Part shown: in pieces, positions 1 through 11,971 of the stretch
Position numbering within the stretch: the stretch's first letter is position 1
How the letters are laid out: every line of letters starts with the position of its first letter
DNA from: Octopus bimaculoides
Lineage: Eukaryota
Length of the DNA: 32,911 nt
Reading direction: 5' to 3'
Assembly (NCBI RefSeq): GCF_001194135.2
Contig: NC_068986.1
Coordinates: 115,104,328-115,137,238, forward strand
Translations under genes and position numbers: made by a program
Notes under the pieces: model-generated
What the model was told of the DNA's origin: nothing
The model's input: the letters and a program-made list of their open reading frames with translations, nothing else
Database searches by the model: none

Positions 1-185
1 ATATATATATATATATATAAATATATATATACACATACATACATACATATATATATGTATACACGCACACACACACACACACATATACATATATGTATAC
101 TCACTCACGCCTATGTATATATCTATATATGCACACATACATATATATATATACACACACATATGTATGTATGTATGTATGTATA
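1..185. repeat. Compound microsatellite (TA)n/(CA)n/(TATG)n
   Basis: Direct inspection; it explains the spurious ORFs 113..373 and 123..344. Confidence 0.95.
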
Positions 186-259
186 AAGTACCAGTTTTAC
201 ACTCAGTGACATTTTCAGCAGCAAGCCGTAAACATCACACATTACCTCTACAAGCCATC

Positions 260-600
260 GCCATGACCACCACCGAAACCACCACCACCCCCATAGCAAA
301 CCTGACCCAAATTCCTTCCCTCTACTGTTGCCTGTCTCCTCCATGTAGCCTCCACCTCTGCACTATGTCATAACAAAACTGGGGGCAGGGAGAAACCATG
401 GCTGACCTTGAGCCACCACCACCACTACCACCACCACCACAACACCATCAGCTTTTATCATATATCATTGGCATTACACCACATCACCACCGCCACTACC
501 TCACACCGTCATCACCACTAAATCTACCATCACACACCACCTCATAAAGACTCACCTACACCACCACCACCACGTCCAACCATTAACTATCTCTGCTCCC
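260..600. repeat. CAC/ACC-rich low-complexity tract
   Basis: Degenerate (CAC)n runs. Confidence 0.85.
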
Positions 601-624
601 CACCTGCATCTCTCTAACCCACTA

Positions 625-800
625 CATACTACAGGAGCCAACAAAGAGACCCTCAATATATCAGCGCTCGATCTGCTAAAAATAGCAACTAAATATCCTT
701 CAAATTACACACTGAAGGAGACATTGGTTAACATGCTTGATGAGATTGTCATGGCTGGACTGTCTTTGATCAGAAATCACTGTTCTGTCAGGACTAACTT
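625..800 (+). mobile_element. Dispersed repeat family E, degenerate copy
   Basis: Shares CTGCTAAAATAGCA.CTAAAT and CATGGCTGGA..TCTTTGATCA blocks with copies at 1895-2085, 2435-2600, 20195-20355, 27920-28100 and 30190-30375. Confidence 0.6.
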
Positions 801-1040
801 ATTTATAAAACCCTCTGTCCCTTAGTGTACAGAACCATAGCATATACTGTCATCACTACACACACACACACACACAACCATAAGTACACTGGACACACAG
901 ACAAGGTCTCTGTCCATTGGTGTTGATGTTGACCATTTAATTGTTTGGACCAACTCAATCTCTCTCCTGCAATTAAAGTGCAAGAGACTGAGTATACCAC
1001 AGACATGTGTGGCCATAAGATAAGCCTCAGACAGAACTGA

Positions 1041-1295
1041 CATGTCACCATGTGACCTAGTGGTTAGGGTGTTGCACTCATGACTGCAACGTTGTGGTTT
1101 CGATTCCTGCACTGGGAGATGCATTGTGTTCCTGAACCGAACACTCCATTTTATGTTGCCCCAGTCCACTCAGCTGTCAATGAATCACTCTGCAACGAAC
1201 TGACCTCCCCTTCTAGGGAACTGTTGTGATCTCGGTCACTTATGATGCGATGAAAACTGGGTAATTGGGTTCCATGAGGCCAAAGACTTGAGACA
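1041..1295 (+). mobile_element. tRNA-headed SINE with CORE-like central domain
   Basis: A-box-like GACCTAGTGG and B-box-like GTTTCGATTCC, followed by TTGTGTTCCTGA..ACACT..CCAGTCCACTCAGCTGT. This resembles the CORE-SINE domain (from memory, not searched). Confidence 0.55.
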
Positions 1296-1535
1296 GTAAT
1301 GTCCAGGGTGATGATGATGATGATGATGATGATGATGTGGAAAGACTAGATTAACATATTATGGATTATAAGAGAGAGCGAGAGGGAGAGAGGGTGGTGG
1401 TGGCAGAATTGACCCCAGCACTGAACTGGAAAGAATAGGAAACAAGCTTGGCCTTGTGACCTTAGCAGGATTTGAGTACAGAGTACAAGGAACAAGATTG
1501 AATAAATGAGACGGGTTTTGCTAATTACGCACCTG

Positions 1536-1536
<1 letters not shown>

Positions 1537-1577
<41 letters not shown>

Positions 1578-1809
1578 CAGCACCACCACCACAATATACA
1601 CAAATTCCTCTCTGCATCTCACACACACACACACACGCACATGCCCATGCACACACACAACCACCACAAGAACATATTAATTCATTACTGCATCACACAC
1701 TCACACACACACACGCACGCACACACATACACACGCACATATCCATGCACACACACACACATATACACACACAACCACCACAAGAACACATACAAATTCA
1801 TCACTGCAT

Positions 1810-1855
<46 letters not shown>

Positions 1856-1860
1856 ACTGC
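1537..1860. repeat. (CA)n compound microsatellite with three recurring ACAACCACCACAAG..AA(T)TC spacers
   Basis: The spacer recurs near 1575-1620, 1655-1695 and 1770-1810. Confidence 0.85.
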
Positions 1861-1894
1861 AATGACAACAACACAAACCCATGACAGAATGTCT

Positions 1895-2085
1895 AAGTGG
1901 TTGTTTCACCTGTTAGAAATAGCAGCAGCCAAAACTTGCCCATATCACACTCCATTGTCTTGAGGAAGGACACAGATAATGTAATTCTGTGTTCTCTGCA
2001 CATAGGAGAAAGTTGGAATGGTCATGGCTGGAAGGCTTTTGATCATAAGTGTGTTGACTCAGGACTGACCTAGGGCTAAACAACC
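1895..2085 (+). mobile_element. Dispersed repeat family E
   Basis: CCTGTTAGAAATAGCAG...GGTCATGGCTGGAAGGCTTTTGATCATA...CTGACCTAGGGCTAAACAAC. Confidence 0.75.
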
Positions 2086-2304
2086 ACCTCCATCATCATT
2101 ACAGTACACCACCACCACAAGTACTAATTCCTCTGACAATCCAACCGTGACCAATCAGACCTTCCCTTATTAACCAACTCCCTTTGTTAACACTGTTTCA
2201 CCTGAATGACTTCCAGGTATTTCACTGGATTACTCCACTCATGGCTGTCACCCTCAATTTACTCCCTGATGGTACTTAATAGCCCCACCCCGACCACTTT
2301 ACCT

Positions 2305-2365
2305 AGTTTTGTTGTTTAACCCCAGGCCTAGCTCTGATCAGGCAGGCCTATGATCAAAGATGCTC
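2305..2365 (-). mobile_element. Family E 3' fragment
   Basis: GTTGTTTAACCCCAGG..CTGATC..CCTATGATCAAAG is the reverse complement of the end of the 1895-2085 copy. Confidence 0.7.
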
Positions 2366-2434
2366 TTTGCATCTTATTCACACAAAAAGTATCTATGACA
2401 ATATTATTTTAAGGTAAAGCACTTTTCGTGGTTG

Positions 2435-2600
2435 TGTAGTTGTTACTTAGCTCCAGGTCAGCCCTGACCTAGCAGACCTACAATCAAAGACATTCCAGCC
2501 GTGACCATCCCATCTATTTTTTCAGGTGTAGTATATTCTAGAATACCTTTTCCAGGCAGGATTGATTTGAGGGATGTCTGGCTGCTATTTTTAGCAGGTC
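2435..2600 (-). mobile_element. Family E copy
   Basis: CCAGGTCAGCCCTGA..CAATCAAAGACATTCCAGCCGTGACCATCCC...GGCTGCTATTTTTAGCAGGTCGAGC. Confidence 0.75.
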
Positions 2601-3264
2601 GAGCAACTGCCACAGAAATCCCCATTCACATGTTTGTCTGGACTGAATAGGAAGAGATGAGTGTTATTAGGGTGGTGTTTGAAGGTGGGGTGTTTGATGG
2701 TGTTGCAGATGTGATTGGACTGGCTGGTAAGTGTTGTACAAGTGTTCTGGAAGTGTTGAAGAAGAATTCTGGGCTTGATTTGAACGCTTAGTGGAATGTA
2801 GTTCTTCAATCACTGCACCATACCAATGTCTCAAGTAAGAACCTCTTGCTCCTTCTCCTGCACCCCCCACCCAGCCAAAGATCCTGGTTTGCTTCCTGTT
2901 TATTGACATCTGAAGATAAATGAGAATGGTAGAGGGCCCTACATTTGGCACAGATAGAGAGAGGACACTGAACTTTAGCCAAGTTTGAGAAAGAAGGAAT
3001 GTAACTGATGATGATGATGGTAATGAAGTTAATGATGATTATAATTATAATGATTACAGTAATAATGGTGACATTAATGTTTATAATGATGATGGCTGTC
3101 AGTAATGAGGACATCAGAGCAACCGTCTCACTTAAAAGAGCAGACATTATTTAGTGCTACTTTAGTATATGGTTTACTGCAGTATCTGTAACCTATGCTG
3201 TGAAATGACCTGATCTGGATTAGGATTAGGGTTAGCGTTAGATTGCATGCTAAAGTGCAAATGT

Positions 3265-3450
3265 ACATTATTTACATTTGATGGATATTTGTCCTCATCT
3301 TGTTTGTTGTTAACACAACATTTCAGCTGATATACTCTCCAGCCTTCATCAGGTGTCTTGGTGAAATTTTGAACCTGGGTTCTCATTCCTACGGTATTTT
3401 TTAATGTTTTTATTATTATTAATAATCTTGGGGTTAGTAGCCCACCGCCA
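3265..3450 (-). mobile_element. SINE family C (head partly deleted)
   Basis: Near-identical to 27408-27630 over ~170 bp. Confidence 0.85.
3312..3357 (-). ncRNA. Minimal hammerhead-ribozyme-like motif in the SINE C tail (CpG-decayed)
   Basis: Minus strand reads GACAC-CTGATGA-A-GGCTG(gagagtatat)CAGCT-GAAA-TGT-T-GTGTT. Stems I and II are present; the inferred ancestral core is CCGAAACGT. Confidence 0.6.
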
Positions 3451-4194
3451 GAAGTTGTTGACAAACAACAAGCAGTAATTTGATTCAGCTGAATACACAT
3501 CATTGATTGGTTGAAATTACCGAAATACGACAACTTTAACACAAAATACCTTCGAAAATAGAAACTTTTCTCAACAATGCTAAGAGTAAAAGACATTTTA
3601 TATGACACATTCTACAAGTGTCTGAAGTTAGAAAGTGTTTAGTCATAATAAATTAATTTCTTGATCTGCCGATGAAAGTGAAGATATCCCTGGAATTATA
3701 TGGTTGGGGGGTAGGAATTACAGAGGATTGATGATGTTCTGGGGGTAAAAAGAGAAGGTAAAATTGGTTAGTGTGAGGTGAGGGTGGGAAGCGAAGTGTC
3801 TTGGTAGAGGGCAGAGAGAGACCAGTTAGTTGCCAAGGGTAGAGGTAACAAGAGTAGTGGTAGAAAAGATAGAGAGAGAGGACAAAGCATGTCTGTGGGA
3901 CAGACAGGAGTAGGTTGGTCAGTGATTCCATGACAATCAGTTGGTCAGCAGGTTTTGACAGTGGAACATAAAATGCCAATAAATGCTTCCATTTACCAAT
4001 CCTACACACACATGTCAGTTTTGGAATAAGTAGAGAGCATCTTTGGGTTCCAAGAGATGTGACTAAAAGGATCAGTAATGCGAAGAGTGTTCAAGAAAAA
4101 AACAAAACAAAAAAAAACTCATCCAACCCATGCTAGCAAAGGAAAGTGGACGTAAAAATGCTGTTGATAATGATGATGATAAAGGTGACAAGAT

Positions 4195-4400
4195 GGCATT
4201 TCGTCCAGGTCTTTACATCCCGAGTTCAAACTCATCTGAGTTCAACTTTGCTTTTCATCCTCTCAGGGTCAATAAAATAAAGTACCAGTCGAGTACTAGG
4301 GTTGATGTAACTGACCTGCCCTTCCCCTCAAAATTGCTGCTCTTGGACTTTGCAATGGACTGGCATCAAATTCAGTGAGATTATTATGGTTTTGGTCACT
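4195..4400 (+). mobile_element. SINE family B, 5'-degenerate
   Basis: GAGTTCAAA B-box and TTTCATCCTCTCAGGGTCAATAAAATAAAGTACCAG central motif shared with the other B copies. Confidence 0.8.
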
Positions 4401-4474
4401 TTTAGGCCATGGCAACCAAATAATTGGCCTTATGAGTCTTGTGGCTCAAGAAAATAGAAAGCAAATTATGACAA

Positions 4475-4630
4475 TGACCGTCCAACTCATGCCAGCATGG
4501 AGAAACGGACGTTAAACAATGATGATGATGAGTGATGAGTGATGATGATGAGTGATGAGTGATGAGTGATGATGATGAGTGATGAGTGATGATGATGAGT
4601 GATGGGTGATGATGATAATAATGATGATAG
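4475..4630 (+). repeat. RTE-type 3' tail fragment running into a (GATGAGT)/(GAT)n compound repeat
   Basis: CCGTCCAACTCATGCCAGCATGGAGAAACGGACGTTAAAC followed by repeated GATGATGAGT. Confidence 0.8.
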
Positions 4631-4639
4631 TAATGGTGA

Positions 4640-4990
4640 TCAAATGTTATTTGGGATAATGTGCCATTAGGAAATGGGAAATGTGCAGCAGAAATCAAAA
4701 GAAAGATTGAAATAAGAGGAAAAGTAATCTGAAAAAAATATCAAAGGTTGGGCATGAAGAGGATATCTGGGAAAGTGACAAAACAAAAAAAAAAGCAGAG
4801 GAATGCTAAAAATGGCTGTTAATGGAAGAGAAAATAAATGAGAAGTGAGGGAGAGGAGAAACTAAGGATTCTTATGGATGGATATTATGAAGAATTGAAG
4901 ACTAGAATGCAAAAGGATGGAGAGTACAAGAAAGACGGAGATGGCTATTTAGGGAATTTAACCTGCTGGAAAAAGCAAAAACAAAACATC
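4640..4990 (+). mobile_element. Degenerate, internally deleted RTE-clade LINE ORF2 remnant
   Basis: Frame fragments CYLG, GNGKCAAEIKRKIEI, EEKINEK*GRG and YEELKTR match the RTE C-terminal pattern YLG..DG.C..EIKRRI, EGK..GKRGRGR, YEELKR. Confidence 0.55.
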
Positions 4991-5370
4991 AATGAAATCG
5001 TGGGCAATAAACTGCGCTTGCAAAGACCTGTTGAGGCAAGTGAAGTCATTGTCGTGGCCGATGATAGAACCATCTGAATGGCACCCGTGCGGGTGGCAAG
5101 TAAAAAGCACCATTTGAGTGTGGTTGACGCCAGTACCGCCTGACTGGCTCCCATGCCAGTGACACATAAAAAGCACCATCCATGTGTGGCTGATGCCAGT
5201 ACCACCTGACTGGCCCTCGTGCCGGTGTCATGTAAAAAGCACCCACTACACTCTCAGAGTGGTTGGCGTTAGGAAGGGCATCCAGCTGTAGAAACATTAC
5301 CAGATCAGACTGGAGCCTGATGCAGCCTTTTGGCTCACCAGCCCTCAGTCAAACCACCCAACCCATGCTA
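4990..5370 (+). mobile_element. RTE-LINE 3' UTR/tail with 66-bp internal subunits
   Basis: AAAAAGCAC recurs at 5102, 5168 and 5234; then GTTGGCGTTAGGAAGGGCATCCAGCTGTAGAAA...CCAACCCATGC. Confidence 0.85.
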
Positions 5371-5429
5371 TATATAGATATATATAGATATATATACATA
5401 CAGACAGACATACAATGCATACATATATA

Positions 5430-5690
5430 AGGTGCAGGTATAGCTGTGTGGTTTAAGAAGCTGTTTGCTTTGCAATTGGATGGTTCCAAGTTCAATTCAA
5501 CAACTCTGCAAGTGTTTTCTTTACTATAAGCTAGAGATGGTCAAAGCCGTGTGAGTGAGTTTGGCAGAAGAAAACTGAAAGAAGCTCATTGTGTATGTGC
5601 ATGTATGTGTGTCTCCTTGCGTTGACATCATGCACTAATTATATACAAACAGCATCTTCATCATAGAAGTGTTGTTTGCAAAACTATGGA
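5430..5690 (+). mobile_element. SINE family A2, degenerate
   Basis: GCTGTGTGGTTTAAGAAG head, AAAGCC.TGTGAGTG..TTTGG..GAAAACTGAAAGAAG, and TCTCCTTG..TTGACATC. Confidence 0.7.
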
Positions 5691-6175
5691 AAAACTACAA
5701 CCTTAACACTACCACATACTTTACACTACACCACTTTTACACTGCTCAACAACTCCTACCACCACCACTCACTCCATTACTCATACTAGCACTACCACAG
5801 CCACCACCACGACCATCATGACGATGACGACGACCACCACCACAACCACAACCAATGCTACACCTGAGCAAAGTAAGATGCTGGGTTCTCACATAAATAC
5901 ATACATTATACATTGATGGTGGGAGAATTACAACTGGCCTTTAGTGGTAGGGGCAGTGGTGGTGGTGGTGGTGGTGGCTGTGGTTTATTGGACACTGTAG
6001 TAGTTAGTAGTTAGTAGTAGTAGTAGCAGCAGTGTTGCATTAGTGGTGGTGGTGACGGTGTGAAGTATTAGCAGTTGGTTTGCTGCACTGCGTTGGTCAT
6101 TGTGTGGTAGCAGTAGCAGAGTGGTATCTTAATAGTAATGGCAGTGACCGGTGGTGGTGGTGGTGAAGGCAGGGA
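5690..6175. repeat. CAC/CTA-rich and GTG/TAG-rich low-complexity tracts
   Basis: Direct inspection. Confidence 0.8.
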
Positions 6176-6329
6176 ATGAGAAGGGGAGGGGAGACCTCAC
6201 TAAACAGAATGTTTATATGACAACACGCATTAAATGTAACTAATTCAAATAGGCATGCATACATATATAACTAGACATACATACATATGAACTACACATG
6301 CATTCATATAGTTATTCACACACACACAC

Positions 6330-6332
6330 ACA

Positions 6333-6424
<92 letters not shown>
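6330..6424. repeat. Long (TA)n microsatellite
   Basis: Near-perfect TA run. Confidence 0.98.
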
Positions 6425-6427
<3 letters not shown>

Positions 6428-6730
6428 TATGTAGTTAAAACGTTCACTTCCCAGCCATGTGGTCTGAGTTCATTTCCACTGCATGGCACCTTGGGTATGT
6501 GTCTTCTACTGTGACCCTGGGCCAACCAAAATCTTGCGATTAAATTTGCTCAACGGAAACTGAAAGAAGGCCATATATAAATGTGTGTGTGTGTGTGTGT
6601 GTGTGTGCATGTGTATGTACTCTATGGTCCAATGTGCTTGTTCTTTTGTGTGTGTGTGTGTGTGTATGTGTGTGTGCTGGTATCTCCATGTCTTGACATC
6701 ATGTGGTAGATGCAAATGATTGCCACAGTC
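6425..6730 (+). mobile_element. SINE family A2 (head + internal microsatellite), truncated by the next element
   Basis: CTTCCCAGCCATGTGGT..CCACTGCATGGCACCTTGGG..GTGTCTTCTACT..GGAAACTGAAAGAAG. Confidence 0.8.
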
Positions 6731-6732
6731 AT

Positions 6733-7490
6733 TCATCATCATCATCATCATCGTTTAACGTCCATTTTCCATGCTGGCATGGGTTGGATGGTTCGACCAG
6801 AGTCTGGGAAGCCAGTAGGCTGCACCAGGCTCCAATCTGATCTGGCAAGGTTTCTACAGCTGGACGCTCTTCCTAACGCCAACCACTCCGAGAGTGTAAT
6901 GGGCGCTTTTTACATGCCCCTGGCATAGGGACCAGTCAGGCACCACTGGCATTGACCACGCTTGAATGGTGCTTTTTACCTTCCACCAGCATGGGGGCCA
7001 ATCAGGCGGCACTGGCAATGACCACGCTTGAATGGTGCTTTTTACANNNNNNNNNNNNNNNNNNNNNNNNNNNNNNNNNNNNNNNNNNNNNNNNNNNNNN
7101 NNNNNNNNNNNNNNNNNNNNNNNNNNNNNNNNNNNNNNNNNNNNNNNNNNNNNNNNNNNNNNNNNNNNNNNNNNNNNNNNNNNNNNNNNNNNNNNNNNNN
7201 NNNNNNNNNNNNNNNNNNNNNNNNNNNNNNNNNNNNNNNNNNNNNNNNNNNNNNNNNNNNNNNNNNNNNNNNNNNNNNNNNNNNNNNNNNNNNNNNNNNN
7301 NNNNNNNNNNNNNNNNNNNNNNNNNNNNNNNNNNNNNNNNNNNNNNNNNNNNNNNNNNNNNNNNNNNNNNNNNNNNNNNNNTTGACCACGCTTGAATGGT
7401 GCTTTTTACCTTCCACCAGCATGGGGGCCAATCAGGCGGCACTGGCAATGACCACGCTTGAATGGTGCTTTTTACACATCACCAGCACAG
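6733..7490 (-). mobile_element. RTE-LINE 3' UTR/tail with tandem 66-bp subunits spanning an assembly gap
   Basis: (CAT)n-CGTTTAACGTCCATTTTCCATGCTGGCATGGG...; GACCACGC recurs at 6954/7020 and 7384/7450. Confidence 0.88.
7047..7381. other. Assembly gap
   Basis: Run of N. Confidence 1.
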
Positions 7491-7547
7491 AGTATGTATT
7501 TTTTTACTTGTTATACACACATGTATTGAATACACACATATATTATT

Positions 7548-7744
7548 TTACTTGTTTCAGTTATTTTACTGTGGCCATATTGGAGCACCGCCTTTAGTCG
7601 AGAAAATCGACCTCAGGACTTATTCTTTGTAAGCCTAGAACTTGTTCTATTGGTTTCTTTTGCTGAACCACTAAGTTACGGGGACGTAAACACACCAGCA
7701 TCGGTTGTCAAGCGATGGTGGAGAGGAGAAACACAGGCACACAA

Positions 7745-7796
<52 letters not shown>

Positions 7797-7958
7797 GATA
7801 GGCTTCTTTCACTTTCCATCTATCAAATCCACTCACAAGGCTTTGGTCGACCTGAGGCTATAGTAGAAGACACTTGGCCAAGATGTCACACAGTGGGACT
7901 GAACCCAGACCCATGTGGTTGGTAAGCAAGCTACTTACCACACAGCCACTCCTGCACC
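7548..7958 (-). mobile_element. Full-length SINE family A1
   Basis: tRNA-like head (reverse complement of CTTACCACACAGCCACTCCTGCACC; CAGTGGGACTGAACCC), internal microsatellite, and tail TTACTTGTTTCAGT..GGCCATATTGGAGCACCGCC. Confidence 0.88.
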
Positions 7959-8005
7959 TATATATATATTTGTACACATTGAAAAATACACATACATTCA
8001 TATAT

Positions 8006-8352
8006 NNNNNNNNNNNNNNNNNNNNNNNNNNNNNNNNNNNNNNNNNNNNNNNNNNNNNNNNNNNNNNNNNNNNNNNNNNNNNNNNNNNNNNNNNNNNNNN
8101 NNNNNNNNNNNNNNNNNNNNNNNNNNNNNNNNNNNNNNNNNNNNNNNNNNNNNNNNNNNNNNNNNNNNNNNNNNNNNNNNNNNNNNNNNNNNNNNNNNNN
8201 NNNNNNNNNNNNNNNNNNNNNNNNNNNNNNNNNNNNNNNNNNNNNNNNNNNNNNNNNNNNNNNNNNNNNNNNNNNNNNNNNNNNNNNNNNNNNNNNNNNN
8301 NNNNNNNNNNNNNNNNNNNNNNNNNNNNNNNNNNNNNNNNNNNNNNNNNNNN
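8006..8352. other. Assembly gap flanked by (TA)n
   Basis: Run of N. Confidence 1.
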
Positions 8353-8401
<49 letters not shown>

Positions 8402-8986
8402 TTTTATACATTCATACAGTAACATATATATCAATACACTAGTGTGCCTCCTCAGACAGTGTGCCATGCCACAAAGGGTATTCTAAGTGCACTGTGATAT
8501 TTTGAAATCGTAATTTAAGACTTCTGAAAATTCATATTAATCCTTGACCGTCCAGTACAAAAACATGTTATTTATAATTTTGTTCTACATAAGTGTGAAC
8601 AGAAGCAAATAATTTCCTTTGTTGTTGACAAAATTTTTAACGACAAAACAATTAATTATTATTTTTAACTTCCCATGTGAAATATCATTTTTATTTGAAC
8701 TCCAGTGATTCAAACAGATTAACGATCACTGCCTTATACACTCACACACAACAACAGATATATAAATATAGGAACACAATGGCATAAAAAGGCCTTTTTA
8801 TTGAAATGTTAGTGTGTATATATTGCTGTTTATATGCGAGTGTGTATATAATAATATGTATGCACCACCACCACCACATCCAGTGGTGGCGGTGGCGATA
8901 CTAGGAACAAACCACAATATAATCACAAATGTGCTATTGTCTTCTGGTCTAACAATGTACAGTGTCTTCTCACACACGGACACATG

Positions 8987-9020
<34 letters not shown>

Positions 9021-9599
9021 TGCACACAGAGTTCAGTAAAGAAATTCGTACAGACATTAAGCCTTGTCAATACAGCAACTGTTTTCCTCAACCAATGCCC
9101 TATTCTCCCTAAAGTAGGAGACACAAAACAGGGAACACGTGTTGAAAAGTACTGAGTCGAAGTACAAGGTGTAGCCCCCTCCCTACCATATATAAATTGG
9201 TGTCCTGGTTATAGGTTGACATCATCACAACATACACTGGAAGGTAGAAAGGCGAGGGAAGGGCGGCAGGTGATTTACTGTTGCCTCATAGTGTCTTGTG
9301 TTGCTGTTTAGGGGCTGCTTAACAAAAACAACAATATTGTTATCAACAATAACAGTAGTGACAGGAGCAACAACAACAAACAATGATTGTGAAAAAGATG
9401 CGTAGAAAAGGTGTAAAACTAATACGAAATATGAAACTATTAAGATCAATTATCTCTTCTGACATCGTCATTTAATGTCAGTTTTCCACGTTGGCATGGG
9501 CTGGACATATACATTACACTGATACACAAACATACAAAGATATTTAGCAGGGCAGTCTGTGTTATGTGATTGAGAAGACAAATGGATTAAAGATATATG

Positions 9600-11960
9600 A
9601 AGGAGGCTGTTAAAATGACTTTTTGTCCTTGTTATATACACCCTCCAGTTACGTATTGTATTCTGTCTGTTAATATGAGCGCTCCTCGTTGAACTGTTAT
9701 TGTTGGATGTTTTGTGAATTATATACATCATAACAATGGCATCACCGAGAGGACCTGAATTAATGCTGACCGATCGTGACCTTGCTGCAGCATCGGTAAG
9801 ATGTTTTGTTGGTCTGAGAACAAAGTAATTGAAAGAGATACTAATGAACATGGTGGACCGAAGGGGAAAGTATATCTATTTGTATCAAAAGCCGGATATG
9901 AAGCTACGTTGAATGAAGGTGTTGCTTCTGATTCATCGTAAACAGCTGAAGGTTGTGTTTCGGGAAGATGTGTGAGAATATATGTGAATAATGTGAGAGA
10001 CTTATGCATCATGTTTTTGTAACAGGTCTTGATATTGTGAATTCAGTAAGCTTGGTCAAGGTGACCAAAGTATTGTAGAACAATAATTAATACTAATTAA
10101 ATTCATTAAAGGCCTTTATCAAATATTACCATAGACCAAAGCCGTTGGAAGAAATGCAGTTGAGAAATGTGTCGCTTGATGTATGTGTGAATTTCATACA
10201 ACAGTAGGAAACGAAACTGTATTTGAACAGGGTCAATATTTCTCATGAAGCAGAGCCAAAAGTTGCCAATGCTTAAAAATAAAGAAATTTTCTAAATACA
10301 AATTTGTGGTTATGAACACGTTTATCATATGAAAATGTCCTGTCATTGGAAAATTCTTCAATAAATCATTCTCTGAGGGTTTACTATCAAATTTAAATAA
10401 CTAATAACTTCAAAGACATCACTACATCAATACCACCATTGGCTTGTTGAGATGGGCATAAAAACTGCCATTCTACAATATACAAGAGAAAAACTCTTCA
10501 AGGACTGTATGGAAGATGAAACCATCAACCAGGAAGCTATGTTTGGGTGCTAACACCGAGGAAGATTCAACCTGAAGATCAAGGTTTATATTGTATCAAC
10601 TCAACACCAATATATTTGACAATAACATAATACCTGTCTTGGTATATTCATTCTATTTCAAAGGAAGATGTTTCTTGAGATCAACATTTGCTCCAGAGAA
10701 CATTAGATGTTACTCCACTCTTTGATAATAAAGATTTGGAATCCTTTATAGAATTGGTAAAGTTTTCTGATTAGTATTTGCTAAAATATTCCAAAGTGGA
10801 CAAATTTTTTGAGAAAATAGGAAATTTGCTTGGACATGTTCATCAAAACGCATTTTATAATTTATAAACATAGAATTGCAGCATGGAAATTCTGTGCTGC
10901 ATAGAATTTTGTCAGTGAACAGTTCATGGTCTCAAAACGACGAAAATAATTTGGCAAATTAAATTTAAATGTTGAAGTGAATCTAATGGTTTTTGTGTGT
11001 TTCTTAAATGGTTTATAAACACCTTCCACACTGCAATTGTTTTCGTTCCAGCACACGATCTCAGATCAGGTCACTTGCTATGCAAGTACATCTCCGTAAA
11101 AACATAGAATTATTCTACAGAAACAGAATCCCTTGAAAGAACAATTTTATTGCTTTACTAGAGATATTCAGGGAGCAAGTCATTAAGGTGTTCCTGATGA
11201 TATCTATTATGGCATTAATCTTGCTAAAGGCCAACACTAGGAACTTGAAGCAGAGTGGCCTGGTTTTTTAACATAATGTTGAGAACTACATACATTGATG
11301 TCTTAAATGTGCAGAGATAAAGGAATTTTTAAAGGAACAGGTTTCAATCGTGACCCAAGATGTTAGATCCCTGGACTTGTGTAAATATGGATTATCCACA
11401 AGAGTATATTATTGAATTGATACTTGTCTTAGTAAATATGTTTTCGGGATGACTGGAGTTTACTCATAGTCCTAAAAGAAGATCTCAACTAATAAACAGG
11501 TGTTTATGAGGAATTTTCCCTCAAAATGGTCATAGTGTTGACAACAATTTCCATTGTTGGTTACAAAAAAGTGGTTGCATTTCTGACAAAATGCTGCCAT
11601 ATTACCAACAAAGAAATGGAAATGTAGACTGCGGTTAGAGGTGTTCTTTTCCCACATAAAAAAATTCCAGTCATTTTTACCCCGATTATAACTCAGTAAT
11701 TGTATAATCTCTCAACTGACCTATTAGAAAGTCCTTCTACTTTAATGGGTCATAAGATCCATGCAGCCCTGATTATGTCTTGTTCTACAGATCACCTGAT
11801 ATGGTATAGAAGAGGATCATTATCCCCTCAAGAAGGGACAATCTTTGGGATTGGTGTAAGCTGGAAACAACACCACTGTTATTTCCAGGAATGGGATTGG
11901 AACTTTGACTCATGCTGACTAAACAGGGTTTAAATTTGAGCCACTCAAAATGAGAGAGGA
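9600..11960 (+). pseudogene. Possible decayed coding sequence of unknown (transposon or viral?) origin
   Basis: Non-repetitive, protein-like frame segments broken by stops and frameshifts, e.g. CCSIGKMFCWSENKVIERDTNEHGGPKGKVYLFVSKAGYEATLNEG, LQRTLDVTPLFDNKDLESFIELVK, DPWTCVNMDYPQEYIIEL, RIIIPSRRDNLWDWCKLETTPLLFPGMG. No family recognised. Confidence 0.3.
10878..11099. mobile_element. 222-bp insertion flanked by a 12-bp target-site duplication
   Basis: AAACATAGAATT at 10866-10877 and 11100-11111. Confidence 0.75.
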
Positions 11961-11971
11961 TGACATTTGCC

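Noticed and set aside
9735-9800. PELMLTDRDLA resembling the MULE transposase TDRD motif
   Set aside because: Isolated, and in a different frame from the longer protein-like segment.
10545-10630. IQPEDQGLYC resembling an Ig-domain D.G.Y.C motif
   Set aside because: The spacing is off by one residue and there is no upstream Cys/Trp framework or splice context.
11250-11640. WPG..VENYIH*CLKC (integrase H2C2-like), IDTCLSKY and QRNGNVDCG (Ulp1-like) words
   Set aside because: Spacing to partner residues is wrong, and the words lie in different frames. Not enough to name the fossil ORF.
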